Shown: positions 28,359 through 43,357, counted from the first letter of the stretch. The stretch: DNA of 64,000 bases from Bigelowiella natans CCMP2755 (GCA_000320545.1 ADNK01000036.1:1-64000); one strand, 5' to 3'. Translations and numbers: made by a program. Notes: generated from the sequence alone by a model not told the origin.

Positions 28359-29338
28359 GATTGCAAGCAAAACGTGTTGTCAACTGCGACGTTCAATGCA
28401 TTTTTTGTGTGTGTGCATCTCGTTACCAACAATGTCACAGTAGCTGCAGTTAATAATTTGAACATTTTCGTTTGGGTCGTATCTCATCTCAACGCATGTT
28501 TTACGTCGGCGCAGATTGTGCCGCAGCGCAGAAAATGGCTGACATCAACAAGCTAGCACGGCTATTACATTTTGATGCGAAAAAATGCGTGCATAGATCT
28601 ACAAAAATGACACAGATTACGTTTAGTACGCTGCATGCATGACGATTGTGTGTGCCAACCGTGCCAGCGTCGTGGCCGACACATGTACGTGCATGCATGC
28701 AATCTTGGCAAGAATCAATCTGCACGCGTGTCTGGACGACAGGCCCCTGCTAGCCCGACCCATGATCATGAGCCAAAAACAGGAAGCACTAAGATCAGTG
28801 ACATCGGTGAAAAACGACAACGTGTGTGTCCAATGAGAGAGGAGCATGATGATATGCTGCGTTCGCATTTCCACACGAGGGACAGCAGCAGACGTGCAAT
28901 GCAATGAGCGAAGGCCATGGCCACGCTAGCACGCTAGCACGGACTGCACCTGTGAGATTATTGAGCATGCAAGTGTAGGCGACAAACACAACAATTCATG
29001 CGTCGTCGCTTTGCATTCTCAGTGCACACTGACTACACTTTGTTGAAATGGCGGTTGAAATCAACTCTTTTCGTTCAGCTGGCACCTTCATCTGCGGAGC
29101 TGTAGCAAGCTAGCTCGACATGAAGGCCCTCACGCCTCCTATAGAGAACTCTCCCTGGTACGATTTCATCAGCTTCTGGGCGAAGGAGTAGCTTCTTCAC
29201 CAATGAGTCGCATCGGCCGTGAATGAGCCGTCACCTCGGTGACGAGAGAGCGTCATGATCAATCAGCAGCCGGATGGAGGAGGAGGAGCAGAAGAAGACC
29301 CAAGTAACCCCTTTATTTCAGTTGTCGCAGGGTCATAA

Positions 29339-31388
29339 ATGTCCTGTGTTTTGTGCCAATTTCTTCTTAAACTCTGTTCCACCGATTTTCGTACTCGGAT
29401 TCAAAAGGAGGGGGCGGGAGGGGAAACAGCTCCGAGACACGAATGGATGCCAGGAATGTGGACACCTGTCTCTCTGCTCACTTTGTTGTCCCTCCTCTTT
29501 CTCGTCATGGAGACCGATTACTTTCAAACGAGGCCTTCTGCTTATAGGAGGATTGAGGCACGCACTGATACAGTGCGGAGGAGAAGGAGGAGGGGTGACC
29601 ATGCACAGGCTGCTGCTATCAGGATCGACTCTCGTGCACGAACGCTTGTGGTACATCGAAATAGATTGCGACAGGGGCGGGACAACTTGCAACGGCGCGT
29701 GTTTGCTTTGAGAGGAGGCGTGAAGGTGCGATCATACCCCAATAGCAGCAGCAGCAGCAGCAGCAGCAGCGAGGAAGACGAGGAGTATCTTGAGGCAGAA
29801 CACTTCAACTCAGTGCTGAGATGTTTCAGGCGCTACACTTCTTACATGAACAAAGGTGGTATAGTGAAATTGTACAAATAGTGCCCGAACTGAACACTGG
29901 TGGGGCTCCATTGTACGACAGCTTTCCATTGGGGAAGAAGCCTCATATTTCTTCATTTGATTCTTGACCATGCTGCACGATAATTAAGTGAGGCTGAAAT
30001 TGCGAACAACTATTTGGATCAGAGATTTCCCGCCGTGAGAACGCGTTCCTTCGCCTGCCACCCGAGCAAAAGGTAGGTGATTTCCCTCCGCACACTCCTC
30101 CCAAGACGTTCTAATCGTGTGAGTCCTGCGCAGGCGCTGCTTCCAGGGGGAAACCAGTCATTCACTCGGAAGATTTCTTTGCTGAAGAAACTAGTCTTGG
30201 CAAACCAGGTACTCAACGACCGCGTCGAGTCGTTGTTGTAAAATATCATATGCGCTTCTTGCGTACTTCTATCTTTAGCGTGATAGATAGATCTGCCTAT
30301 CTGTGAGAGGAAGGGGGGGGGGGGGGGGGAAGGAGCTAGTCGGAATGCAGGCGATAATATTCAGGTGTCGTATACAGCGCTTTCAATGCTACCTCCTACA
30401 CAGATGTTCTTCGACGATGTCATCTCAGGGCTCTCTCCACGAAAAGTGGAGTTAACACCAAAACGTCGCCAACGCCTTGGAATAAACGCCTCTAGCTTCT
30501 TCTTCGAGCCCACTGGGACAACAAACTTGGACGAAAATACAGACAAAGTGCTGGGCACGCTACACCTGTAATATACTTTCAAACAGCACGGATAGAAGCT
30601 CCACCGTTTGATGACGTCTGATGACGAGCTCGTCGTTGTCGAAGTTTTTGAATGATTTAGAACCATTTCAGTACGATATGCGTATTTGTGTTACTACAAA
30701 AGGCTCGCTCGAGACTGGAGTGCTTCAGGAGCTCAAGAAAGGAAACAAAGCTATTCGAAAATCATGCACGATTTGAGAACCCTCTTGCCTCCTGTCGCCA
30801 CCACTACCACCACAACTAGCAGCAGCAGCAACAACAGCAGCATCATGGCTAGTTCAAACGGCAAACGGGGACGAAGTATCACGCGCAGGAGGAAGGTACG
30901 CGCGCACTAACGTTCAGCCGAAGTCTTCCAATTCCCAGCGCAACAGCTCCTCTGCTGTGACAATAGGATACCATTCATCACAGATGCAGCTGTTGGTCTA
31001 ATTGCTTGTATTCTGCTAGGTTCTCATCCCTGGTGTGGGACTCGGAAGGCTGTTGTATGAATGTTGGGCAGATGGATATGACTGCGAGGTGGGTTCTTGC
31101 TACGAATGCCTCACATAATATAGTAAGTAGTAAGGATCATCTGAATATACATGCACTGTGGCATGCGGTCAAGCATCATCATCGTCATCATCATCAATAC
31201 CACCAAAGTCATCAATATCATCAGCATCATCATCATCATCATCATTGTTATCGTCGTTGCCGTGTTCTGTCGTGACGATAGGGAAATGAGTTCTGCTGGC
31301 AGCTACTTCTCACTTCGCGCCTGGTGTTAAATGCGAACTTACCAGTCGGCCAATACGTGACATTTCCGTACATCGACAACCCGAGTAT

Positions 31389-31424
<36 letters not shown>

Positions 31425-33143
31425 TCGTGTTGTGCAGTTGCGTGGTCCATAAAGAGAAGAATTCGAAGTAGAGCAAGAGAGGGAGGCCTGTATATTACAG
31501 CTCTGACATACCACCGATACACAGGGAGCGGTGTTTTGCCGGTGTATCTCTGGTTCTTCTTCCTCCTCCTCCTCCTCCTTCGCAGTAGCTTGCTAATAAA
31601 CCCCATTGCTATGATTCATCATATTGATTCGTCGTTTCTTGCTGTCCGTTGATGTTGCTTGCATTATTAGGCAACCAGTGGTCGCCCCAGGAGTGCCTCC
31701 GCCCCATCCGTATTCCCGACGTTGATATGTATCAAATGATGCAGCAGCAGCAGCAGCAGCAGCAGAAATTAGAGAATGGCGAAGAGGAGACCAACTATCA
31801 TGAACTTGATGACATGGCCATGGACGATATCAATAACGATGACGATGACGATGATGCTGGAGAGAAAGATCCTTCCAAATATGCGAAGAAACCGTGTCCG
31901 CAGAAGCTCAAGGCGCCGGAAATGTCGATGACAGCTGGGGAGTTTCTTCAGATGTACGGAGATCCGAGGTCGTATGTGTGCGACAATAAACACTGCTATG
32001 CACGTTGCATACGTGTGCGTGGGCCGTTCCTTCATCGTCAAAAGCCCCCCTAAGGTCTTCTAACGTCGTTGTCATCGTTCTCACAACATGCAGGTACAAC
32101 AATTCGTGGGACGCCATCGTGACTTGTTTCTTCCTCGACACAGCTCCGAATGTCTGGAAATTATTCTAAAATATGTATACATTCATATGTGTGTGTGTGT
32201 GTGTGTGTGTGTATGAACGCACGTAGCATGATGAGTAGTAGTCCGAATCCGATAAGTTTTGGATCTGCTAGTATACTATAGCCGCTAGGTAAAAGCTACC
32301 GATTTAATTTTACTGGGCAAAATCTTCCTCCTCTAAAATCGTCAAATGCTGGAGAAAGAAGCTCGAGATTCAGCCCCGACCTCTATGCTCTTCCAACATC
32401 AAGATGCGCACGCACGCACGCACACACGCCCGCTCTAATCATCCTCGTAGGTCATTGAGTACATCTCCGCCTTTCATCGTCTTCTGAGACCAGGTATGTT
32501 CCTTCCCTGGAAATGTGGAGGACGTGGAGTGGCTGCCAAAACGATGATGATACTTCGCTCTGGAAAGCAGCAATTAATTTCTGTTCTTTCGTCGTCGTCG
32601 TTGTTACTACTACAGGTGGGATTTGGATCAATCTCGGGCCACTAACGTACCACTGGCAGAGCAGCCAATCTAAGATCGCCGCCTCGATATTGGAAGATAG
32701 TCGGTAGGTGTAACACGCAATGTAATTAACGACGCAATATTTGACAATAAGGACGAGATCATCCATGGCGGCGGGGATGCGAGCGTTCAGGTGTTTTCCT
32801 GCATCTACCAACCTGTGTTGTTTGTTGATCATGCTAGATTCGGCGAAAGCCTGGAGCTCAGTCTCAGTGAGATCCTGCACGTCTCCCGCTCTCTTGGATT
32901 CCAAATGGTAATTGGTATGGATATATACGTATTCTTCGAGGGAATTAGCAGCTCTTCCGTAGAAGACATATAACATGTGAGATGTAGCTATGCCCCTGTG
33001 AATCCATTGCTTTGCATTTATCATTTCACGAAAATACGCAGGTCAAAGGCCCTCATCGACAGGAGTGTAGATACGCTTGTGACGAATCAACAATGAAACC
33101 AACGATTTATAATGCCAGCTATTTTGTAATGACGAAGACGTGA
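29339..33143 (+). CDS. CARNMT1: Carnosine N-methyltransferase-like (N2227 family) with long N-terminal leader; start uncertain
   Basis: EHFNSVLRCFRRY, RDWSASGAQER, VLIPGVGLGRL, GNEF, LRPIRIPDV, MSMTAGEF, WDAIVTCFFLDTAPN, GGIWINLGPLTYHW, SLELSLSEI; last exon ends YNASYFVMTKT-TGA. Confidence 0.9.
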
Positions 33144-33950
33144 TACACGCGCGTTGTATTTAGTGGCTCTGGGTGCATCGAGTGTTACAGAGCGAAAGTA
33201 GTATGAAGTGACGGTCCGCATGCTGTCAGAAGTCGCCCAGATGCGGAAGCAATGCAAACATCTAGACACACTACATCCATGCAAAATGCAATCGGTGGTC
33301 GCTGTAGGCTGACGGAAATATATCAAGATAAATAAAACATTATGCTGACGGAGAATATCTAGATTAATAGACCATGACTACATGATGCTGCCATCATGCT
33401 TCATCATATCTACATATATGGTCATGCTAGCATGAACTGGTTATCTATCTTGAATAGCGAACACGTGCAGCTTACGATTTGTCTACATATGTATGCGCGG
33501 ACATGCAGGTGCAACTTGCGTGTTCATTTTTCTACGACTACAGTCATCTGACACAATCTGAACACTCTGCTATCAGCGCAATGATTATATGATGCATCTA
33601 GCTGCAGGCGTGACTGAAATACTGCTTGCAAAGCAAAAGCTGTACATGCAATCAAATCTAATGTGAACTACGCAATTTGCACACAAATTCCTATACGCCT
33701 ATAACTGAATAGCAAGCGCATGCATATTGCTTGCTGTTGTTATGAGACGGATGCAATGAATGAATTAAATTTTTTTCAATGGTCATCCTAATGTAGCTAT
33801 GCAAAGCAGCGGCCACAGCACTTGCTGTAATAAATTCTAGATTGCAACTTCATTCATCTAAACCGATACTATTCAGTCTAATCAGGAGGATAATATATGA
33901 AAATTGCTGCCTTCACTGCATTAAGATGCACAGGAAGTCTCTTCTGTTGA

Positions 33951-34266
33951 TCAATGTCGGCACACATTACTTTCGGGGTCAAACGAACGGAATCTGAAGA
34001 ATAATCTTTGCCAGAAGGGGGGCGGTTGCAATAAACGCTCCGCCTCCTCGCCGGTACATTCCCCCGAGGGCAGCCTTGTGAGAGTCTGCGTAAACCACCA
34101 CCACACCGAAGCAAATCTGGTTATTCTTCACCTCCAGCGCCAACTTTCGAGAAACAAAAAAAGAAACTTTACGATATATACACCCCACCTTCGTCTGGCC
34201 GTTGCGTTGATATTTGACATAGAATGGGTCCCTTTGTAGTGGATCAGTTAAACATAAGCAAACAGA

Positions 34267-34300
<34 letters not shown>

Positions 34301-34301
34301 T

Positions 34302-34339
<38 letters not shown>

Positions 34340-34573
34340 ATGCACGCACACACACACACACACACAAACAAACAAACAAACAGTATCTCAACGAAAAGGC
34401 ACTCAGGGTAGCCAACTTACTTATTATTATCTAGAGCGGTAACGACAGCTTTGTTCAGCTCAAAGAAAGGGATATGGTATGGCTGCGAATAGATGAAATA
34501 GCATCAGTTATGTGCGTTTGTGGAGAGGTTGTGTAGATAAAGGCCCAACACATCGTACGAGAACATGTGCAGG

Positions 34574-34622
<49 letters not shown>

Positions 34623-37379
34623 AACAACCAATTTACTACTACTACTACTACTACTACTTCTACTACCACGAATTCTGGTAGTCGGAACTTCCACTTTGGA
34701 GGGCAGACCCACAGGGCGGCTTCGAGATCAATCTCAGCCAGGCCCTCCAAAGTCTCCTCAGGGTAGTAAGGCGAAAGATCTACCTGTATCATCATTTTCC
34801 GTAAGAGTAAGAAGAACGCCATAGTATATATATTAATAATATCAATCTTCAGCCCAACAGCCGATATCCAACGGATCCGTATTCACATAACAGAGCCGTG
34901 TTATTTGTTGTCCCCTTCCTCCTCCTCCTCCTCCTCCTCCTCCTCCTATGTGAGGAGAAAACTCAGCCGACCTGAAATGCGTGCAAGCTTCGCAGATCCG
35001 TTTCCACGATCTTGACAGGCTCGAGGTAGCTCGGGCGGTGGTTCCAGCTTCTCCATCCAGGGAGAAACCAATGGTTTGATCTATTAATATAGTAGTAGTA
35101 GTAGTAGTAGTAGAAGAGGACCAGATATTAGTTGTATAAGAAGAAGAAGAAGTAGTAGTAGTAGTAGTAGTTGAGCGAGATACTAGACGAGTCCTTCTCC
35201 TCGTGGCAAACGATCGAGCTGTTTTTTCGCTCTACTTGGTGTTTCTGCGGCAGCACCTGTCCTCGGTTTGGAGATTGGAGAACATTGCGAAGGCTGGGTA
35301 TGTTCTCATGCCAGCATAAGGGGTCAGCCCGATCATGAATACAAGCGCAAACATCACGTTCGGCGCAGATAATATCCGCCCCCTGGGAGGAGGAGGAGTA
35401 GAAGAAGAACCCAAGTGTTCTTTGCTGATGTTTTGTCGTCCCGTTTTATGGCTTTTTCCGTCTTTGCTGCTGCTGCTGCTGCTTTGGTGGATCTCCTCTC
35501 TTTTTGTCGCCTCCTCCCTCTCCTTCTCATACTGCACCTGGGGAGTCTTACCTGCTCGCATGTCTCCGTTCGAAGGATATATGGTGGCAGCAGCGACGTT
35601 AATGAATGCCAGGCACATGATCCATCCAACCCCAGCCGGATATTGGGAATACCTAGTAGCCAACAATTAATTAGTAGCAATTCCGAGCATTTGTGGTGCA
35701 GCAGCAGAAGGACTAACTAGCGATAGGAAAAGGAAGGAGGAGGGATGAGGAGGAGAGGGAGATTTTGGGACAGGAACTGAGCGTCATCACCCACGCATCA
35801 CACATCCATTGTGCGGCATGTGGCGTGTAAAAACAACAAGAAGAACAACAACAACATCATCATCATCATATTGTTCGTCCACTCTTACGGTGGGTATTCC
35901 TTCTCTCGCTGTCCGTAGCATCGATAGGTCAGCAAAGGCCACAGCACGAGCAAGAAAGCTAGCAGCAGCCCTTTTTTGCTTCGATGGAACACTGTTGATT
36001 AGGCATCGTTACAGCAACCACAACACCACAACGCTCATTCTCATTGATGCTTCAATCATGAGATAAAATATATGGGGAAGACGCTAAAGCTCTAATAATG
36101 GTATATAACCATTGCTGCATGCCTCGGGGTGTAGCGGTATGAAGGCGAAGCTACAGATCGCCGAGAAAGGATAGAAACTCGAAGGCGGTAGCGGGAGGGC
36201 AAGTACGATATGGAACAACCTTGTATCAATCGAGGACGACATCAAATCTTTGTCAGTCATCATCTACGCACGCAATCCATCATTTCGCTCTCTCACTAAT
36301 ACATGAAGGATGACTCGATTTATACATCCCGGTTCGTCAGTCCCATGATCATCATCATCGTCGTCGTCATCATGATTATCGTCTTTATCAATGTTATTTG
36401 ACGTACTGGGCGACAACGATAGTGCCTCTACGCACTGAGGGAGAACTGTCATGAAGAAGTATAATGCGGAGAGAATTAATTTGAAGAAACATATTATGAA
36501 CCACCACTCCATCTTCTTCTTTTCCTCCGATCCTACCCTTTTTCACTTAGAGTAATTATTGCAACTATTGTTACCACTATTACCATCACATTTTACTACT
36601 ACTTCTTCTACCCGGATAGCAGACCGAGCCCCATGAGAATCTCAAGGAAGAGTCCCCCAGCAGGTGCAGTCTGCAGCAGGGGAGATGAGGTCAGGATCGG
36701 CTTAGCAATCCATTCAGGAAGGAGTTGAAGAGTTGTGATGGCGATTATTTGAGACGAGCACGAAGTTCGGATTTCGAAGAAGCCTGTATTCATCTTGTGC
36801 AGAGCTGAACATTAAAAGGGCAAAGGTTTTCGAATCATGAACGACAATTTCTGTCTTTATGCAAAGGAGCGAACCTGAGATGAGATACAACGCGGCCAGC
36901 TGTTTACGAAAGCACTCCCCTAAGGTATTTTGCATCCTTCTTTCCGTGCCCTCCTTTGCACCACCAGTGAATGCAGCAAAGGCTGAAGCTGCGACAGCAG
37001 CACATAAGCAGAGCTCGGTGAGAATGTGGTTTGAGACTGAGCCACGAAGGACCAAGTATGCGAAATTCGTTATCGTCTGATCAATTATTTTCAAGACAAG
37101 AAAACATACAAATACTCATTCGGTGTTGGACGAGAAGTGATTATTCCCCCCTCACTACTCTATAAAGAATTCATCCGCTGAAGTGCCTCAACTCACCAGT
37201 GGAATGATGCCCCAAGCTCCGAAGATATGCGGCACCGCCACGCAAACAACCGCTACTCCAAGAACAGGAAGCGCATGAAGATTTCCAGAAACGCCAGTGA
37301 CTAATATCCCTGGGAGAGTATGGAAAATGACTATATGCGCCCAGAAGAAGGCAATGATCGGCAGCGCACGGATGAGCAT
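33951..37379 (-). CDS. HTTM-domain (vitamin K-dependent carboxylase/SdpB-related) multi-pass membrane protein
   Basis: SNHILTE, YLISALHKMNTGFF...SC, FHIVLALP..SFYPFS, PYAGMRTYPAFAMFSNLQTE, and C-terminal FRFRSFD....CRH-TGA match the bacterial HTTM protein pattern. Start is approximate. Confidence 0.72.
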
Positions 37380-38078
37380 CGTCGATTTTGCGAGCCGGGA
37401 GATGATGCTAGTGTCTTGTTCTCTGGGCCTCCTCTCTTTAGTAGCTCATAGTGTCACGCATAACAGCAGCCTTGTTTAAATCAGTCAAAACTGGAATTGA
37501 ACACGGTTAGAGCAACGGAGGTCCTAGCAGGACCACAAGCGAAGACAGTGATTGTGCTAAGCGCAGCGAGAGCGGGGGGTATGCTACGTCTACGTCTACC
37601 TCGATTCCCCGTAATAACCACGAAAAAGAGGAGATATAAAGCTTGTCGCAGGTGGGAAAAACCACCCTTTTCTCCGATCCAGAAGGGTTGTCGCAGGGAA
37701 GCCTTCAAAGCCCACTTTTGCCCTAATCCCGAAGAAATCAATTTTCCCAATGGTTTGGCTCATCAACGGCTACGAGCTGTAAGCTCAATTATTATGCTAA
37801 ATTCAGTGGGTTTCGACACTGCGACAATCCTTTTGGCACAAAGAACGCCTACGAGGTGCTCTGCTCTTGCCTGTTCAAAATCTGCATGTAGGAATCGCAA
37901 GCACCCTCTGCTGCTTCCTCCCCCTCCCCGCCCCCTTGTTCGAAGTTTTCCCTCGTCCACAGTCGTAGAATGATTCAGGGTTGGGGGGAGAAGTAGGAAC
38001 GGGATAAACCTTAGTCACGCCTTATCTTGTTATTTCCTTTCTTGTGTAGTGCTTATTTATAGTCCCGACGACTCAAAA

Positions 38079-39073
38079 ATGGTGAGAACCAGCGATACGG
38101 AGGTTGAAATAAAGAAGAACATCAATGTGGGCGTTCGTGTCCGTCCTCTAAATGCGAAAGAGATCGATGGTGGAGAGAAGTCGGCATGGGAAATCGACCC
38201 GAATCTTAATAAGATACAAAGGTGTCATGAATCGATCAACCATCCATCCATTCATCCATGCATGCATGTACTACTTTGGTGCTCAATCACTCTTCGTGGA
38301 TTTCTCACTTGCAAATGTGCTGCTGCCTCTTAACAGGAGGAAGGGGGCTCGTATACCGAAAAACAGTAGTGCTAACAAAGCTCGGACTTGCTTCGAGTTT
38401 GATCAGGTGATTTATTAGTAGTACTCCGACAACATCGCAACACTTGATTGACGTCCAAACTATGTTTTTGAAAACCAAAAACAACAACAAAAGGTGTACG
38501 ATGTCAACACGGCAACGGAAGAGATATACGACAGGCTTTGCAAGAATCTTGTTGTTAGTGGGATGGAGGGAATCAACGGAACTATCTTCGCTTACGGACA
38601 GGTTGCGTGCGTGCTTTCCCGCCTCCCTTTGCACATTGCTTGATAACGCAATGAACCGCACGTTAATTCTTTGTGGATGCACACAGACGTCCTCAGGGAA
38701 AACGTACACAATGAAGGGGACTGAAACAGATTTTGGAATTATCCCCATAGCTGTCAACCAGATTTTTGAGTATATCTCCACGGTATTATTTACATGACGC
38801 AGCTCAGTCTCAAAACAACAATTGATCATCGGCGGAGTGTGCTTTTTGTCTTAAAAAATAAATTGCTACCATTGCGAATGAGTTGTATTTTGTACAGCCT
38901 ATTTGACACCATACGCACAATTTTGACCTCAACACAGAACGAGAAAGCAGCATCCCGCGAGTACTTAATAACGGTGTCCTACCTGGAGATCTACAACGAA
39001 AAGATGATGGACTTGCTACGACCGCAATCTACTAATCTACAAATCAAAGAAGGTAGCAAGCCTCAGTGCAACG

Positions 39074-39126
<53 letters not shown>

Positions 39127-40044
39127 GTAGTCTTATCTCTGTTATGGTTATGATCATCGTTATCATATCCACTCGATCTTAGACCGGGTGAATGGAGTGG
39201 TTGTTCGGAACCTCCATGAAAACGTAGTGTGCTCAGTAGACGAGGTAACAGCTCCTCCATCCACACTCTCACGCCACATCTTATGCGCATAAGAGAACTT
39301 GCTAGGTGGTGGTGGGTGAATAGCTATGCTTAACTGCTACCGCTGCCTCTGCTGCTACTTCGATGACAGGTCCTACGAGCAATGTACGAAGGAGAGCAGA
39401 ACCGACACTTTGCTGAAACGCTAATGAACAAGAACTCGAGGTGGTGGCGGCGATGATGACGATGATGATGATGATGAGGATGATGATGATTATAGATAAT
39501 CAGTATATAGGATGGTGGTGGTGGTGGTGGTGGTGGTGGTGGCTGGCAGCGTGAATGGAACAGAGAGAACGTACCTCATCAAGTTATATATTACTTTCGA
39601 AGCTAGTTCTGACGTGCCGTTGCCATTACCCATCATCATCATCATCAGCCGCTCCCACACCATCTTTCGCATTAAAGTGGAAAGCCGCAAAAAGCTCAAG
39701 GCTTCGAAGCAGGTGATGACGATGATGGTTAGGCTGATTGGAGGAGGGGGAGAAGAAAGAGGAAGAAGAAGAAGAAGAGAAGAAGAGATGCATGTGAAGC
39801 CTGATACATGTTTAAAGAGACAGGAGAGCGAAGCAGCGTCTTTCACTTCAAAACACGCGCACTAATACCGAATGATGAAAACGAAGTGAATTACATTTCA
39901 CAATGCCATCATAATCATTTTGCACATAATACGTGTACTATGATTGCCTCTTCACCTCACCCCCATCACAGTGTTATCTGCATCGCTTTCCTCCTCCTGT
40001 ATCTTCCAACAGAGTCAACAAAATCATCAATCATCCTGCAATCC

Positions 40045-40077
<33 letters not shown>

Positions 40078-40379
40078 GACCCCTCGGAAACGACGAGTTC
40101 GCGTGTCGTGCCTCAACTTCGTTGATCTGGCGGGATCAGAGAGGCTCAGCCAAACTGGTCAGTGCTAGCAGCAGTACTATGGTAGCTGTCGTGAGGGATT
40201 GTGGCGACTTCGTTCAGTTTATATATTGTTTGAGGAGGTTTGCCAGGTGTACCTTACTCTCAGCGGCAATGTTAGATCACCACCATTGTCTATGTGTGGC
40301 ATATGATAGGAGCGCAAGGGGACAGGGCTGCCGAGGGAATGGCCATCAACAAGTCGCTTATGTTCCTCGGGGTAGGAGC

Positions 40380-40412
<33 letters not shown>

Positions 40413-40555
40413 TAGTAGTATTGGCAGTAGCAGTGTGTGGGGGTGTTGATTCGAGCACCTGTCACATCAAACATATAGTAGCTGCCGCACCTAGCTTAAT
40501 TGGGAAGGAGAGAATAAAATAAAAGAAGCAGCAGTCTCTTCTTTTTAGATCGTTG

Positions 40556-40596
<41 letters not shown>

Positions 40597-41705
40597 CTCT
40601 CTGACTTTATCTATCCCCCCCCTCTCACTATCTGCGTGCGTGATATATTGTGTGTGCGTTGTTTAACATCATGAATTGGTGCAATCATCAGGTGGTTATC
40701 CGGAGCTTGGCTGAGAAGGCCAAGCACGTGCCGTTCCGGGACTCAACCCTGACGCGTATCTTGCAGGTGAGAGAGTAAGGAGATATCATGGCTGCTGCTT
40801 TCAGTGAAAGCGATGCTGCTACGCATTTGATAGAGTGAACCCCTCATCATCACACCTTGTTCTATTAACTAGCCCCCCCCCCCCCCCCATATATTGCTTC
40901 TTAGACAAGTTTGGGCGGCAACTCGCAAACGGCTGTGATTGCCAATATCAGCCCCGCAGAATCAAATGTGGAGCACACGATCAACACCCTCAGATTTGCG
41001 ACCAGGTAGTAAGGAGAGGACCAGCAGGGAGACGAATGATAATGTTAGAATGGTATTTCTCTGATAATTCCCTTTCAAGGCCTTCAGAGCAGCTCTTGAT
41101 GATGAAGGCGTATATATATATATATATATATATTTATTTATAACGTTGCTGCTCTCTTCTTCCATTTGTTGTTATTGCTGCTGCTGCGTGCTGTTGGTTG
41201 ATGGCTGCTGGTATTCCTCTCGGCGTGAAGGGCTGTACGAATCCAGAACAAGGCCAAGATCAACCTCGTGTCGGCTGAGAAGTCAAAGATGAGCGACAAC
41301 GAGGAGAAGATTGCGAACCTAAAATCTCGCCTCTCGATGATCCCGGATGAGAGTGAAGTGAAGGTAATAATAACCGTCGATCGGTTGATGACTGACGATT
41401 GATACAACTTCCCATGCCATTGCTTATCTGCACATCTCGAGCTTGAGTAGAAGTAGTAGCAGCAACATGTGCTGAGGGTGAAAAGGGGGGGGGTGGCATT
41501 TTATTTGTATTATTTTGCTATTCGTTGGTGTCTTCTTCATTGTTGGTTCCTGCTCCTCCCTCCCCCCTCCCTCCATTCTACTCCTCCTCCTCCTCCTCCT
41601 CTATGCGGGTTGGCTTGTGCTCTCTTTCTCTTTCCTCCCTATTCTTGTCGTTAAAAGGCCGCATCACCTACAAAGGACCAAGTTGAAACGAAGCGGTATG
41701 CGACA

Positions 41706-41737
<32 letters not shown>

Positions 41738-42123
41738 GGAGGGGAACGATCGAGAGGAAGGAGCTAAGAGAGAGAAAGAGAGAGAGAGAGAATGAGAGGA
41801 GCAACACTAGTGGTGATAGCGCTCGCCTCTTGCATCGTTGCCAGCATAGAATTGCCCTGATCCTTCTTTCTTGGTCAATTATTCCCAGATTGAAGAAGAT
41901 GCTTGCCCTGAGGCTGCAGCACCTTCAAAATCTCATCTTGTGCTCTACCGAGGTAAGCCCCACACCCAGCAGCATCAAACCCGTTGTACGTGCCTTGTCG
42001 TTGTACAGTGAATAGACAGGTCATTACTAGTTACAGGGTTGGTTCATCGACGAAAACATAGTCATAATGATTATGATGATGATGACGAGGATGATGATGA
42101 TGGCGATGTGTATTCTTCTTTTA

Positions 42124-42165
<42 letters not shown>

Positions 42166-43169
42166 AGGAAACGAAGCGAACAGCACGAGCCAAGTCAGCA
42201 AAGAGCAGGCACAATAGGCGCCTCACTTCTCTCTGTATGTACACCGCGCAGTAGCAAGCAGCATCGTCACCGCCACGACGGGGAGGGGGGGGAGGGGGAG
42301 AGGGATGTAGGAAGAAAGAGATAGCAAGAACACGGGGTGTGATGATAACATTTGAATATATGTAATAATCAAGAGAGAGAGAGAGAGACGGATAGCTACT
42401 CTGTGGCCTCGAGCTGCGCGGCTTCGATTCTTGCTTAAAGGCATCATTCTTATTCTTCTTCCTTCTCTGCAATGAAATGCAAGGTCTTGCCTCCAAAGAA
42501 CCGTCGTCGCGAGGAAGTTCTGGAGAATTATCCTCTGAGAGCATAACTGGCGAGAGGACGCTCAAACAGCAGGAGCAGATGTTCTTCCGCGTGGAATCTC
42601 TCCAGTCGAAGAACAAGCTCTTGGAGGCGGAAATCGCTCAAGTGAAAGATGAGAACCAGAGCCTCCGACAACAGCATACGTGAGTGGGGATGATGGTGAT
42701 GATTATGATGATGATGGTGATGATGATGGTGATGATGATTTATTGGTTCTTTCTCTTTCTCTTGCTGCTGCTATACATCGGCGAAGAGGGTATTTTTTTT
42801 TATGTGTGTTTCCCGGTGTCGTCGATAAATCTCATGCATGTACGCATTTTTGTGCGTGCGTGCGTGCGTGCGTGTGTGTGTGAATGATTGCATCTTAGCA
42901 ACATATGACATATGTTTCTCGTCCTAATTTGCTGCATAAATGTGATATTTGTAGCGAGGCGACAAACCAACAGCTGAGTGCAGAGGCCGAACTTAGTCAT
43001 ATGAGAGGGCAGAACCTTCACACTCTTGATCGCAAACAACTGGAACAGCTCGAGACTGTAATACTACTTTCCCTCTTTTCTTTGATGACATACGATGATG
43101 ATATGATATTTTGTACACATACACAAAAAAAAAATTATAAATATGATGTATAAATTTATACATAAATAC

Positions 43170-43207
<38 letters not shown>

Positions 43208-43308
43208 GTATGTGTGCGCATATAGTATACTCTGATGGCCCTGCCATGTCCCATATATTTAGCCACTCACACACTCACTCACACACACACACACACACAC
43301 ACACATAT

Positions 43309-43357
<49 letters not shown>

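Noticed and set aside
29078-29190. Extra XRN1 terminal exon
   Set aside because: XRN1 already stops in frame at 28358 after the conserved VLNLS-like motif.
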